From positions 12,648,001 through 12,712,000 of the forward strand of contig JBHGNT010000018.1 in the NCBI GenBank assembly GCA_043228905.1: a DNA stretch of 64,000 nt. Direction: 5' to 3'. The stretch comes from Azolla caroliniana (taxonomy: Eukaryota > Plantae > Polypodiophyta). The notes under the pieces are model-generated. The model saw only the letters and a program-made list of their open reading frames with translations, had not been told where the DNA came from and made no database searches. This document shows, piece by piece, positions 11,371-25,500 of this stretch. Both the position numbers and the translations under genes were made by a program. The first letter of the stretch is position 1. Every line of letters starts with the position of its first letter.

Positions 11371-13324
11371 ACGTTCTCTTTCCCAAAACCCTTCTTCCAC
11401 CCTCCTATACATAATTCCATCCAATCACCTCCTCCTATTCTTCCACACACACACACACACACACATGAATATATATTCTTCCTTCTTTCTTGTCAGGGAA
11501 GTCACTAGAGAATCGCAAAAGCTTACATAAGCTTTGGTGAGCCACCTAAATTTGGGCAAAAAGCTATTAAATTTGGAGGTTACCATGTATAGAAGCGTTT
11601 GCCATTCTTTAGTCCCTGATCAAAAAGAAGGAAGAGGATCACTTTCCTCCTTTGCAAATGAGGACATGGGCCAAAACCAAATTAACACGTGCAATATGTG
11701 CTTGTTTTCCTTCAGGTTTGGCTCAATGTTCCACGTGATGATATAGGGCCATGCGAAACGATGAGGTGATTGATATACACTCATATAAGTGTTCCTAGAA
11801 TCAATGTTCAACTCCCTATCATACGTTACTTGTGGTTACCTTATGTCCTTTGTACATGAGACCATTACTTGTGGTTATCCTATGCCCTTTGTGCATGAAG
11901 GTTTCAAGTTTAACATAAACCCGCTTCACAAATTATCTTTTCATTTCTTCGCATTTCACTTGTGGACATGCACACTTCAACATCTGGGAGCCCCTAATTT
12001 CGGAGATCTCCATGCCACTTGTGAATAGAGGCTTGATGCTTGTTCACAAAGTGTGGATGCACACACCTTGCCATTTGGTAGGACTAACATAAAAAATGTA
12101 ATCAATGATTGACGGAAGTAGCAATGCCATGACCATATATACAAACGGGAATGATGACCTCTCTAATGAGATCTTTCAATATAGTCACAAATACATCTTA
12201 TTTCACTTAAATTCTATATAACATTTCATATATAGTCATGTATAAGTATTAGAAGCAACCAATCAATTTTATTCCCAAAAATCGTCGTAATGAGATGCAA
12301 AAAGCATCTTCTGCTAACTCTGTCACTTAGTGATGCATGTTGTATAGGATAGATTGCTAAATAATGTGGTAGAAAGTGACGTATATTTAAAAGATAAAGG
12401 GAGAAACTTGGGAAAAACGTGAGGTCATTTTCAAGGGGGGGAGGGGAGTTTGTACTATTTCCTTGAGAGAGTTTACAAACTGGTAATATTTCCTTCAAAG
12501 AGTTGACAAAGTAGTTGTGTGTGGTGACCCTATCCTGTCCCAACTAGGACACAATCCCAAAATTGATTGGGACTCACCTAGGAGCCCAGTCCTAGTCTCA
12601 AAGAAGGTGTCCCCCTAGGTTGGACAAACCATAGTCCGAACCAAGAGTCCCAAGGGATCACCCAATGGCTATTCCTAATGAGCATCTTTGGCTCATATAA
12701 GGAGAATCATTCCTCATTTGTAAGTCATTCTCCTATTCTCCTATTTCCATGTTCTGAGTTTTCTCATCATTTTAGCTCTAAAGAGCATGTAGTGTTATCT
12801 ATCTCACTTGGCGGGTTGGGAGTTGTCTTCACTCGTCTTGAGTTAGTCCCGATTTGTCTTGAATTGCCCAACTTCAGATGTTGGTTTGTCCCAATTTAGG
12901 GCTGTTGTAAGCTTTTATATTCAAAACATAAATATAAGCATGTTTTATGTCCCACTTGTTTCCCAATCGTGTTTTCTTGTGGTTTTACGGATCCCTGTAA
13001 AATAGAGGCATAACACTTGGTATCAGAGTAGGAATGCGAGTTGGGAGGAGACATGACGCCGCAGAATGGAAAATGTGATCAAGGGAAGAGAAAGAGATGG
13101 AAAGGTGAATGGGAATCAACCACAATCAAGAAGCCACGGAAGGGAGTGAGCCAAGTGGAGATTGTGGTGGCACAACTAGTGAAGATCTTGCAGGAACAAA
13201 TGAAGGAGCAACAATCAAAGAGGACCAAAAAGAGGGTCAATGAGGAGGAATCGCACCAAGGAAGCAAAAAGGAAGTCCTCCCATGGGAGTACGTAGGGAC
13301 AAGGAAGTCATCGATACTAAATAG

Positions 13325-16300
13325 TGTTGAATACGAGTGTATAATGGCCGTATTCACACTGTCCTTTTGATAGCCCAAGTTTGGGCTATTTCTGTAAATA
13401 GCATAAAGGGCAGTTGCCCTAAGATAGTCACTATATAAAGTGACTTTGTAACCTTTAGTTAAGGTTGGTTGTCATTTGTAACTGTTGCTATTAAGAAATA
13501 AGACGTTTCTTTTGTGCCTATATCTCTCTCTCCCTCTCTGTGTGTATCTTGCTCATGCGCATACACAGGTTCTTCTTCATCACGAATGTTGCTTGCACTT
13601 CCGCATTGACGGCCTTGTCCCCAACATTTGGTATCAAAGCGTGGATGTTCTTCAACCCGTTGCCGGCTGTCATAGTACACCACACAACATTTTGTTTTCG
13701 TTTTCTTTGAAGAACAGAGAAGGGAGAAGAAAAACAAAAGCTCGCATCTCACTATGTTAAATCACAAATTGGAGTAAGCCAGCTGGCTGTACTCTGTTTC
13801 TATGATTGTAACCGCTTTAGGGGAGCTCCTTGTGCAACACCCGACCCAATCGTGCTTCATTCGGTTAAACGACATCCGAATAGGTCACCGGATGCTATTC
13901 ACCTGCTTGTTGTAACCACCCGCTGTAGATTGGTCTCTTGGCAACAACCAAATTCATGCTTCATTCGGGAGGATCAGTTGGATCTGTCCCTCTCATCGCT
14001 ACAGTCATTCGAAGCAGAATCGGCCCAAACAATCGGTTTCTTGTAATCGGTATTCGACATATGATCGGAAGCTAACTCGGCTCACTCCGACTCGGCAACA
14101 TTCGGGAAGACCAACCAGTTCTATCCCTCAAGTTACCGGAGTCACTCCGAGCAAGTTCAACAAACAAATATCCGAAACCGAACCGATTCGGGTTCAAAAC
14201 CAACTAGAACGATTTCGGGTGAGCCGACCGGCTACACCCCACTAAGGTTCGTAGTCAACATTGAACCGAGTCTTCCCAACCGATACTGAATCAGATGGCA
14301 TCAACATCCGGCTCATCGGAAATGAGTCTAAGGAGGTTCAACGGCTCGAACTTCAACTTCTGGAAGGAATAAATGCAGGACTACCTCATAGTCAAGGGTT
14401 AGATAGACCTAATTGAGAATGAAAATTCCCTAGAAGCATACAAGGCAAAGAGTGGCAGAAGCTGGACAGAATTGTCCGTGCTACGATTCGGATGCACTTG
14501 TCGGAGTTAGTGTACTTCATAGTGCAATCATGCACGACAACTTTTGAATTATGGAAAACACTATCGGAAACTTATGAAAAGAAGGTCGCCTCAACGAAGA
14601 TGTATCTGATCCGGCGCCTCGACAACTTACGGATGAAAGAGTCCGATTCGGAGGCACACCTCAACGAGTACGAAAGCCTAAGTTCCCAAATATTGTCTCA
14701 GGGGACGACAATCGAGGATGAACTCAGAGCAATGATACTCATGAGTAGTCTCCCCTCTTCTTGGGAAACTTTCGTTACAACCGTGTGCAATGCTTAATGG
14801 CACTTCAATTGCCATTAAGTACTCCGAAGTCATGAGCGCAATCCTGACCGAAGTAGCTCGGAGAAAGTCTTTCGCCAAAGACTCGGCAGAGGAAGCTTAT
14901 GTAGTACAAGGTTCAAACGACCGATCGAACAACCGGGGAAGAAGTTCTTCTCGACCGCCGAACAATCAACGAAGCCGGAGCAAGTCCAGAGACAACCGAA
15001 TTTGCAACTAGTGCAAGAAACCGGGACACATCAAAGCCGATTTCCGGGCACTCAAAGCAAAAACTGACAAAGCTCAGAGAGTGGATCAGAAGAGTAGCCG
15101 ACATGAGGAGGTCAACTACGTCGGCTCTTCAGCTGAAATTTTGACGACCGACCTGAACATACTGTCCATAGAGAACCTAGTTGAATCAGAAGTTCTGCTT
15201 ACGACTAAGGAATCGAGCACATGGTTCCTGCACTCGAGTGCATTGTATCATCTGACCCCTCACTAATCTCAGTTTTGGCAATACTCGGACCGACACTCCG
15301 ACTCAGTTCGAGTCGGAAATTCGCAGCACTGTGCTATAATTGGAATCGGCACCGTAGAGCTCAACCTTCTGGGTGGCTCTACACTCGTACTACACAATGT
15401 CCGACACTTTCCTAAGCTCTCAAGACCCTTGATCTCAGTCGGACAGCTTGACGAAGCCGACATCCGTGCCGGATTCTCATCAGGAGGGTGGACCCTCCAC
15501 AAAGGGAACGTCCTGCTTGCTCGAGGACCAAAGGTACATTCCTTGTATCCTTTATATGTCACACTCAAAGAGGGTGACTTATTTTTGGTTGATATCCCCG
15601 TGTCATCGTTATGGCATGGACGACTTGGACACCTCAACAAGGCCGGCATAACGCACTTATCCAGAGCCGGTTACATCCCCAAACTCTCTTTCTCAGATCA
15701 CCAATTCTGCGAGCATTGCCAGTACGGCAAATAGGTAGCCGCATCACACCCGACATCAGCACCAAGAGAATCGAGTCCCCTCGATTTGGTCCACTCGGAC
15801 GTCTGTGGCCCGATGCCACATCAGTCTCTCGGCGGTGCTTCGTACTTCGTCAGTTTTATTGACGACTCAACTTGGAAGGTGAGGGCTTACCCCATTAGAA
15901 CCAAAGATCGGGTGTTCTCGATCTTCTCCGAATGGCTTGTAATGGTCGAAAATCAGACCGGTTGGAAACTAAAATGTCTCCGAACCAACAATGGAGGAGA
16001 ATTCAAGTCTGAAGAATTCGTCAAATTCTACCTGGAACACGGCATTCGACGTGAATATACGACACCTTATAGTTCGGAGCAGAACGCATGAATCAGATGA
16101 TTCAAGAACGCATAATATCCATGCTCCAACACTCCGGATTGTCGGATGGCTTCTAGGCGGAGGTTCTACTTACGACAGTACACATAATAAATATGTCGCC
16201 AAGTAGACCTCTAGGACTTCAAATACCTCAGGAAATATGGACCAACAGTAAGCCAAATTATGACAAGTTGAGGATCTTCGGTTGCGAGGCATACACCCTC

Positions 16301-18049
16301 ATACCGAAAGACGATCGCCGGAAACTCAAACCAAGATCAAGGAAATGCGTTTTCCTTGGGTATGAACCCGACGGCGAGATCAGATACCGACTCTGAGACC
16401 CCGAGCACAGACAAATCGTCCGAAGTTCGGACGTCGTGTTCAATGAGTCGGCTATGCATAAAACGGCTGAAAGGCCTATTGAAGTCCGAAGGGTAATATT
16501 CTCCGAAGTGCCAACCCTTCATGATGGCCCAGTCCACCACACAAGATCGGTTTCATGGGTAACTGACAACTCTAGCACCGAATCCACCAATTCGGCACAA
16601 CTGAATGGCTCGGCTCCTGACCATCCAAAATCGACACCCGATGCCACTAGTCCAGTCATACCTCATAGATCCGAGAGACTGTCGCAACCTTCGGAGAGGT
16701 ACTCTCCCAAAATTTTCTTTACCGACGCTGGTGAACCAATGTCTTACGAAGAAGCATTAGCATCTGCCGATTCAGCCACATGGCATCTGGCGATGGAGTC
16801 GGAAATGCACTCTATACGCGCAAACAAGACTTGGGACTTGGTCGAATTACCGAAGAATCGATGTGCTCTTCCGTGTAAGTGGGTTTATCGACTAAAAGAG
16901 ACGTCCGACTTGACCAACCCAAAGTACAAGGCCAGATTAGTTGTGAAGGGGTTTAGACAAGAATATGGCGTCGACTTCGACGAAATCTTTTCACCAGTGG
17001 TGAAAATGACAACCCTTCATTTCATGCTCAGCGTCGTGACCGCCGACAACTTGGAGCTGATTCAACTAGATGTAAAAACAACATTCCTCCACGGTGACCT
17101 ATAGGAGGAAATCTATATGGAGCAGCGAAAAGGCTTTGTGGCATCCATCCAGGAATATCTAGTCTACCGACTCAGGAAGAGTTAGTACGGCCTGAAACAG
17201 GAACCTCGATAGAGGTAAAGAAGTTCGACGATTTCATCCAGTCGGTCGACTTCTCCAAGAGCGATGAGGACCACTGTCTCTTCACTAAAATAGCTCAAGA
17301 CGGGTCTCCTGTCTTCCTCATCATCTACGTGGATGACATGCTCCTCTCTGGCCGGCATGCCGGAGAGCTCACCGAACTCGTTCGGAAACTGCGATTGAAG
17401 TTTTCCATGAAGGACCTCGGTCCGGCAAGACACATCTTTGGTATGAAAATCAGTCCGCATCGCGATAAACGACAACTTTTCTTGTCTCAAACCGACTACA
17501 TTAGACGTGTCTTGGAACGCTTCAACATGCACTCCGCCAAGTCTGCTTCGACCCCGCTCCCCATTAACCTTCGGCTGTCTCAGCGAGACTGCCCGACATC
17601 CGGTCCGGAGGGGGAAGATATGAAGTCGGTACCGTATGCAGCGACAGTCGGCTCCCTTATGTACGCGATGGTCGCGACACGGCCTGATATTTCTCACACC
17701 GTAGGCTTCATCAGCAGATTCATGCACAACCCAGGCCGATCGCACTAGAACGAAGTCAAGCATGTGTTCAGATATCTAGCTGGCACAAAAGACCACGACA
17801 TTCTTTTCGGCCCGAACTCAACCTTCGGTGTAGCAGTTGCCCTAAGATAGTCACTATATAAAGTGACTTTGTAACCTTTAGTTAAGGTTGGTTGTCATTT
17901 GTAACTGTTGCTATTAAGAAATAAGACGTTTCTTTTGTGCCTATCTCTCTCGCTCCCTCTCTGTGTGTATCTTGCTCATGTGCATACACATGTTCATCTT
18001 CATCATGAATGTTGCTTGCACTTCCGCATTGACGGCCTTGTTCCCAACA
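13325..18049 (+). mobile_element. Ty1/copia element F (degenerate; RNaseH, PPT and start of 3' LTR deleted)
   Basis: 5' LTR 13325-13626, PBS TGGTATCAAAGC (13629), partial 3' LTR 17833-18049, perfect 5-bp TSD AATAG; gag, PR, integrase (VHSDVCGP, FIDD) and RT (YKARLV, YVDDML) fragments in copia order. Confidence 0.93.
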
Positions 18050-19318
18050 AATAGGTGGATCAACGACAGGGAATGCTAATTAGGGCAACGTCAGGTGAAA
18101 CCATATGCATCTGTAGATGTAGTGAGCGGGTTCCTCAAAGACGATGCCAATGATTGATACCATTCTAAACGGCAGAGGAGGCCCTTCAAAAGTTGGGAAG
18201 ATTTCAAGCTACGAGTGAGGGAATGTTTCATCCCAAAGGATGAGCCTTTGAGGGGGAAGGATGGATGGAGGGTTTTACTTCACGAGTTTAGGAAATTCGG
18301 TTGATACATTTCTAAGTATAAAAGTGTAACATGTTACGTATCTGATATGGACCATTGTGATAGATTGGATGGGTTTCACGATAGGTTGTAGCCTTCCATG
18401 ATGCGGGAGGTCAAGAAATGGGAACCAACATCTTGGGAGGAACCTATCAAAATCACAAAACGATTGGGTGATTGGGAGGCCGCCAGATACGCAAACCCTG
18501 TGCAAGAAAGGGGTTCCAGTGGAGATACAAGAGCTCAAGTGGAGCTTGAATAACAAGAAGAAGTGGAGCCAACCATGCAAGTGCAAGTAGAGGTGACTTC
18601 GAACATGATTGGCTCAACCATGGTGGGCGAGCCAAGTTTGGTAATGTAGGAAATGGATTGACGAGAAGAAGACCCGAAGCTCAAGATCAAGAACAAGTCC
18701 AAAGAAGACCCAACCAAGGAGAGTGAACAAGAAGAAAAGATGGAAGAACAATGTGAGAATGAGACCGAGAAGATTGAGCAAGAGGCTAAGATGGAAGACA
18801 CTCCAAAGAAAAATACCGAGACCGAGAGAATTCATTGAGCAAGGAAGGATGATGGAAAGAGGTGGAGACCAAGAGGCTTCAGAACGGGGGCTCTAGGTTG
18901 AGAGGACTGAGCACTCAACAAAGGTGGAGGTTCCTTCACAAAGAACCACAAAGCAAGAAGTCGAGGTGGACTCAAGAAAACGATGAGGGTGATGCAAGGG
19001 AGATGCTCGACCAAGGAACATGAATAAAGGATGAAGGATAAAGGATGAAGAGGATAGAGAGAGACTTTGAGAGTCAAGGTGGAGACACAAGCCACAAAAT
19101 TCCTTGGGAATAACTTGTGAGCTTGATGGCATTCAAGCTCCATGATGGTGTCCCTATTCTTTACCAATTAGGACATAGTCCCAAAACTCACAAGGACTCA
19201 CCAAGGGACCCAATCCCAGTCCCAACGAAGGTATTACCTTGGGTTGGGACAACCCAATCCCAATGAGTAGTTCCAAGGGACAACCCAACGGCTTGTCCCA
19301 ATGTCCATGTTTAGGCTA

Positions 19319-19353
19319 AAACACTAGGTCATTAGAAACAGGTAATATGTCGC
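19319..19353 (+). repeat. left terminal inverted repeat
   Basis: Aligns without gaps to the reverse complement of 42600-42634 (about 28 of 35 identical). Confidence 0.82.
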
Positions 19354-19555
19354 GTTTTAAGAACTGTCCGTCAGAAAAGGCACAAAATAGGTCATAAAAT
19401 AAAAAGGTGTGCTGTATGCGTAAAGCTTATTTAAAAACGACCCAAAATATATTGATTTTTAGCATGTCGAAATTTTAGGGCTTCCAAAAATTGCCTAAAT
19501 AATTGACACGCGAAAGTTACAAAAGAATGTATAAATTTTAGAAAAGGACTACCAC

Positions 19556-22500
19556 CTATATTAATACATATTCAAGAATTAGCATCTTGATGTAAAATAC
19601 AATATTTACAAATAATGTATCAGACCTATCACTTCCCAAAGCTATGGCTTCACCTTCAGACCCATCCGATGAACTAGGAGAGCTTTGTGAGGTCTCACCC
19701 TCATCATCACTAGCAACTAACACATTGTCTTCATCCAGTTGCAATCCAACGTCATCGTGATTATGAGACATACTCCTTGTTCGTTTGTGGGTTGCATCGG
19801 GATGTAGATCTGGGATCTTCTCTTTTATTATCTTGATTGTGGTTTGTCTTAGATGGCCTGTTTTGGTCAAGGTAAGGTCATACACTAGTATGTCTACATT
19901 ATCAAGTGTCAGAGTAAATGTGCTCGGTAGATTTTTTTCTTTTCTGCTTTCTCCTTGTGACTTCGACATCCTTAACCATCTCTAAAGAGTACTTCCCAGT
20001 AAATGCATCTGGGGAAGAGGTATGGTACCAATGAACCACAATGGAGATAACTTGATGGCCTTGTTCATCCTTCATAATTCCAGTGATTTTACCAATCCAA
20101 AAGGGATGGCCCAATTCATCACCCCCAATTAATGTTGCAACTGACATACCAACTTCTAGCTCATGCAGATTGCCCTGCCATCTCGCCTCCACAACACACG
20201 ATATTCTTGGTCCCACGCAAATATCTCTCTGTCCTGGATGAACTAGATTGGACTAGATTATTCAGGTTAGGATTATCTAGCAATTGCACATTAGTCGTGG
20301 TCACCATTGATTGGCCACCAATATTCCATTTGAATTGATTTTGGAGTGCCTAGTAACTAGCAAAGTGGTTAACTAAAATGTATGTTGATGGTTAAAGAAG
20401 CTACCCCACCATTCAACATCGTGATCACCAACATGCTTCTTGGTGTGCACAATATTTTTCTGTTTCTCTTCAAGGCAACACATCCAATGTATCTTCTTCT
20501 CTTCAATCGAACTACCAAGTGCCAATCTTTTATGGTCATCATACAACATTTGTTCTGCACCATGGATTACCGCATTTGAAAAATGCAATAAGAGCCTTCA
20601 TCCATCTTGGGGCTCCCATTGTGAACTAGATGAGTATTGTTTGGCATACAACAATACTTATAGAACTTCTTTTTATGAGAAAGACGTGGTTCAAACTTAT
20701 ATTATTAAGCGGGGCAAGAACCATACATAGAGGCCCATCAACATTTATACAGAAGCGTTTGAAATCATAAACTTCATCGAAATGTTGTACTTCTAGCTTT
20801 GGGGTATAGGCTTCAATGATCAACTTTGACAACGTAGGAAGTGTGAAAGCATCAAATCTCGTTAATTTCTTTGAAAACCTACTAAACATTTGATGTATAT
20901 GATCATGTGTGTGACCAACTAGTAAGAAGTTGACCTTAATCTTTTTGAATATACCCCCGTCTACTAGCATGCTTAAATAACTGAACTGTTGAGTGGCAAG
21001 CTCAATCAGATCTAGATCAGCTGAATAAGCCTGAGCCGGATCGGCATCCAGAAGGATAAGCCGGATCGGTGAGCCGGTGAGCCGGATCAAGCAGTAACCG
21101 GAAGCCTAGTAGCAGCCTAGATTACTAGGTAGTTAATGTCTCGTAGTTAGTGTCAGACGCTTGTGTGAGCATTGAAGTACATTGTACCTCTGTCAGTCCT
21201 CTTAGGACTTGTATAAATAGTGTTGTTGAGCACGTTGTATGTACAGAGAATTTTACAAAGTTGTTGATAATAGATTTAAGTTGTTCTGCTCTGTCTCTGT
21301 CTCTCTTGCATGTTAATCTCTCTCTCTGTTGCTATCCGGCCAAGCCGGTTGTCTAACGCTTCCGCACCTTTGTTTTTACATGGTATCAGAGCGTGAGGGT
21401 TGAGAACCTCTGCAGCCGACATCAACATCTAAAGACAAACCCTAAGACCCGGTAAGAACAGAAAGAGAAGTGATGGACAGAGGAGTGGCTAGCTCGCTCC
21501 CGACGGAGAACCTCGACAGATCCAACTACGCGTCTTGGTCATACAAGATGCACCAGTACCTGCTTGGGCATGGTTACTGGAGCTATGTCGACGGAGCTAA
21601 TGACACAACACCTGATGCGGCACACAAGGACTTCCCAGTGTAGGAACAAGCGGCAAGCACAGTGATGTATTGATTTGCGTCCAGTGTCGGAGACCAACTG
21701 CTGAGCCATGTCCGAGATGCAAAGACGCCAAAAGAGGCTTTGGGAAACCTGAAGAAGGTTTTCGTGGCAAGCACTATGGCCTGGAAGCTGCAACTCCGAC
21801 AGGAGTTGAGAAATGTCCGACAGAAGGACATGTTGGTAGTCGATTACACGACCCGAATCAAAGAGATCTATGACTCACTTGCATCTATCAACGTTACTGT
21901 AGAGGAAGATGAGATGGTGCAGATCCGTCTTGGGGGCGTAGCGTCTAAGTTCAGAGCGTTCCGAACAGCGGTATGTACAAGGGAGAATACGCCGTCATTT
22001 TTTGACTTTCAGTCGATGCTCCTTGTAGAAGAGAACCACGCCGGTGCGTCAACAAGTGCACCCATCGACAACCGGATGCTGTACATAGAGGCGGATCGGC
22101 CCCGTGTGCGTGGTGGACGAGGCAGGTCGGCTCGCAATGGTAGTGTCCGACAAGAGCAAGACCGAAGACACAGAGAACGTGCCGACAATAGTTCTGGACC
22201 CTCCACAAGTAGGGGGAGTCAAGGTAGCGCCGGAGGCCGGCAAGCAAAGGCCGACAGAGAATGCTAGTACTATGGTAAAAAGGGCCACAGAGAAAGCGAG
22301 TGCTGGAAGAAGTGCGCCGATTCGGACAGATCCGGATCCGGCAAGGCCGATAGAGAGAACCGACAATACTCGCACTACGCATAAGGATCGGGAGGATCCA
22401 GAACTGGAAAAGCTAGTAAAGGGCCACCCTTGGTGATGAAACACGAGGCTAACTTGATGAAGAAGACCACTTCCAAATAGGAGAAAGTGTGGTACGTTGA

Positions 22501-25500
22501 TTTCTGTGTGTCGAATCACATGACGAGCCACAAAGAGTGCTTCTCTTTCTTGGAGAAACCATAACAACCGAGAGTTGTCGAAACCGGAGACGACACTCCT
22601 CACCCAATTGTGCATGTTGGAGAAGTCCCTTTGAGCCACGTTGGACAGAGGGGGAAGCTAATGAACATATTACACGTTCCGACCATCATGAAGAACCTGG
22701 TGTCATTCGGTCAGATTGTTGACCAGGGGATGCAGGTGCAGTTTACGCACCTTGGGTGCTTCATCGAGGAAGAGGGCCGGATTATTGCGCAAGGGCCGAG
22801 AGATGGGAAAATGTTCATCCTCGACACCAATGACGTCGGCACCGCTTTGTTCGCCAAAGGACAGAAGATTGAATCGGATATTGATCTCTGGCACAAGCGG
22901 ATCGGCCACGTGAATTACCAGAGGCTTCAAGACCTGCAAACGAAACAAGTTGTTTTCGGTTTGCCGAAGTTCAGTCGCCAGAAGGTCCAAATATGTGAAG
23001 CCTGCCAAATCGGGAAGTAACACCGGCTTCCATTCACCACCGAACGAAATTGTAGCTGTAACAAGCTCGACCTTATTCATTCGGATGTAAGGGGACCGGC
23101 ACAGAACGTTAGTCTTGGCGGGAGTCGGTACTTCGTCTCATTCATTGATGACTACAACCGACACACATGGATCTACCTCATTGAGCGGAAGAGCAAAGTC
23201 TTCGAGTGTTTCCGGAACCTGCAAAGCCTGGTTGAAAAGGAAATGGAGAGGAAGATCAAGTGCCTGCGGTTGGATGGTGGGAAAGAATATTTTTCCGGCC
23301 AATTCAAGAGTTATCTGTAGCAGAATGGAATTCGGAGAGAATTCAGCTGTAGATACACACTGGAGCAAAACGGTGTAGCCGAGAGGCAGAACCGGTCGAT
23401 TATCGACGCGGCAAGGGCAATGCTGGAGGAAAAGAGCATGCCTCATTTCTACTGGGCTGAGGCGGTCCGGACGGCCGTCTATATCCAAAACCGGATCGGT
23501 GACAAGGTGTCCGCGCATGAGCTGTATTTCAGGTGCGAGCCGAATTTGAGACACCTTCGGATATTCGGTAGCATTGCATATGTGCATGTGCTGGATGAGA
23601 AATAGAGGAAGTTGGATGCAAAGTCGGAGAAATGCATGAGCAAAAGGGGTATAAGTGTTATAACCCCCGGACGAAGCAATTCCGAGTTAGTCGGGATGTT
23701 GAGTTTGATGAGACAACATCATGGTATGCCTTATCGGCTCGAACTTCCGACCCTGACCCGATACTGGAGGATGAGGCTAGTGAGCTTGAACCGGTCCAGT
23801 TAGAAGACGAAGGTTCGAGACTCTAGCGGTGAGTTCGGAGTTGTTTTGGTTAAGTGGACCGAATGAGCGGCTGAGTCGGGATGACCAGTCGGATGAGGAA
23901 CCGGCGAGTAGTGGAAACTCTGCCATGCTCTCCCTGTGCAAGGAACCGAGGAGACGGCTCAAACGCAAAGAGAAGGGGAAGAAGAAGATGCCGGAATATG
24001 AAACCGGCAATGTTGAGTTGGATCAGAGTGAATCTGACTCTAAAAAAGAAGAAGGCGGATCTTCGGCAACAAAGACTGAACCGGCCAAGAAGGGCCTCAA
24101 ACTGGGTAACGATAAGTTACGCCGGTCAACGCGCTAGAAGAACCCCCCTGAAGCGGTACGGGTATAATGAGTACATGGCGCATCACTATGCGTACATGAC
24201 CAAGGTGGCGGAAGTGCGTGAGCCGGAGAGCTATGCAAAAGCAGCAAAGGACGCAAATTGATGTGCCGCTATGGAGGAAGAAATGCGGGCACTTGATGCC
24301 AACGACACATGGGACCTAGTTGACTCTCCCCGACACTGTAAAATGATCGGATGTAAGTGGGTGTACAAGGTAAAGTACAATGCCAACGGTTCGGTTAACC
24401 GGTACAAGGCCCGGTTAGTGGAGAAGGGATACGCGCAGATCCACGGAATCGACTACGATGAGACCTTCGCTCCGGTAGCGAAGATGATGACGGTTCGTGT
24501 GGTGCTGGCGGTTGTTGCGGCAAGGGGGTGGCTTCTTTACCAGATGGACATGAAGAATGCATTTCTTCAAGGCGATCTTGAAGAAGAGGTCTTTATGACC
24601 CAACCCCCGGTTTCCAGTCGGAGATGAACAAGTCGGCGGTATGCCAGCTGAAGAAGTCACTTTATGGCCTGAAGCAAGCCCCCCGAGCTTGGAATGGGAA
24701 GATCACGCACCGATTGTGTAAGATGGGGTTTGTGGTCTCCAAGTCCGACTCTTCGTTCTTCATCCGACAAGGTCCGGACGGTCCGGTTTGCATCTTGCTG
24801 TATGTTGATGATCTAGTCACCACCGGACCCGGACTCGATGAAATCAGCCGAGTTAAGTCCCACTGTTGGACACATTTGAGATGAAGGACCTGGGGGAACT
24901 TCACTATTTCCTTGGGATCGAGGTGATCCGAACCCCCAACGACATATTTCTCTCACAAAGACACTATGTGTTGAATATGTTGTACAAGTTCGGCATGACC
25001 GAATGCCGACCAATCTTCACACCCCTGGACCAGAACCAGAAGCTTTGTCCCAACTCAGGACCGGCCTGCGATGAAAAGTGGTTCCGACAAATTGTATATT
25101 TGACAATGACCCGACCCGACATCAGTTATCCGGTCAGTGTGATTAGCCAATATATACAGAAGCCGACTGTGGAGCACCTTCTGTGCGCGCATCGAATTTT
25201 GCAATATGTGAGCGGCACGAAGGACTGGGGACTGTTATACCGGCATGGTATATTCGAAGAGCTAGTCGGCTACACCGATGCCGACTGGGCCGGCGATGCA
25301 TCGGATCGCCGATCCACCTTCGACTATATGTTTTCCCTTGGTAGCGTGGCTATTGCGTGGAGCAACAAAAAGCAGCCAAAAGTGGCCCTTTCGAGCACGG
25401 AGGCTAAATACCGGGGCGCTACCGTTGCCACCTGTGAAGCTATTTGGCTTCGGCGACTGCTACAAGACCTACGGATCGAGGTGCTGACCCCGATCCTGAT

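Noticed and set aside
19322-19326. CACTA at the left end suggesting an En/Spm element
   Set aside because: The inverted repeat extends outside it, the right end reads CATCG rather than CACTA, and the transposase motifs are not of the TnpD type.
20626-21090. 154-aa ORF as a standalone gene
   Set aside because: Chimera of copia LTR sequence and the interrupted transposase frame.
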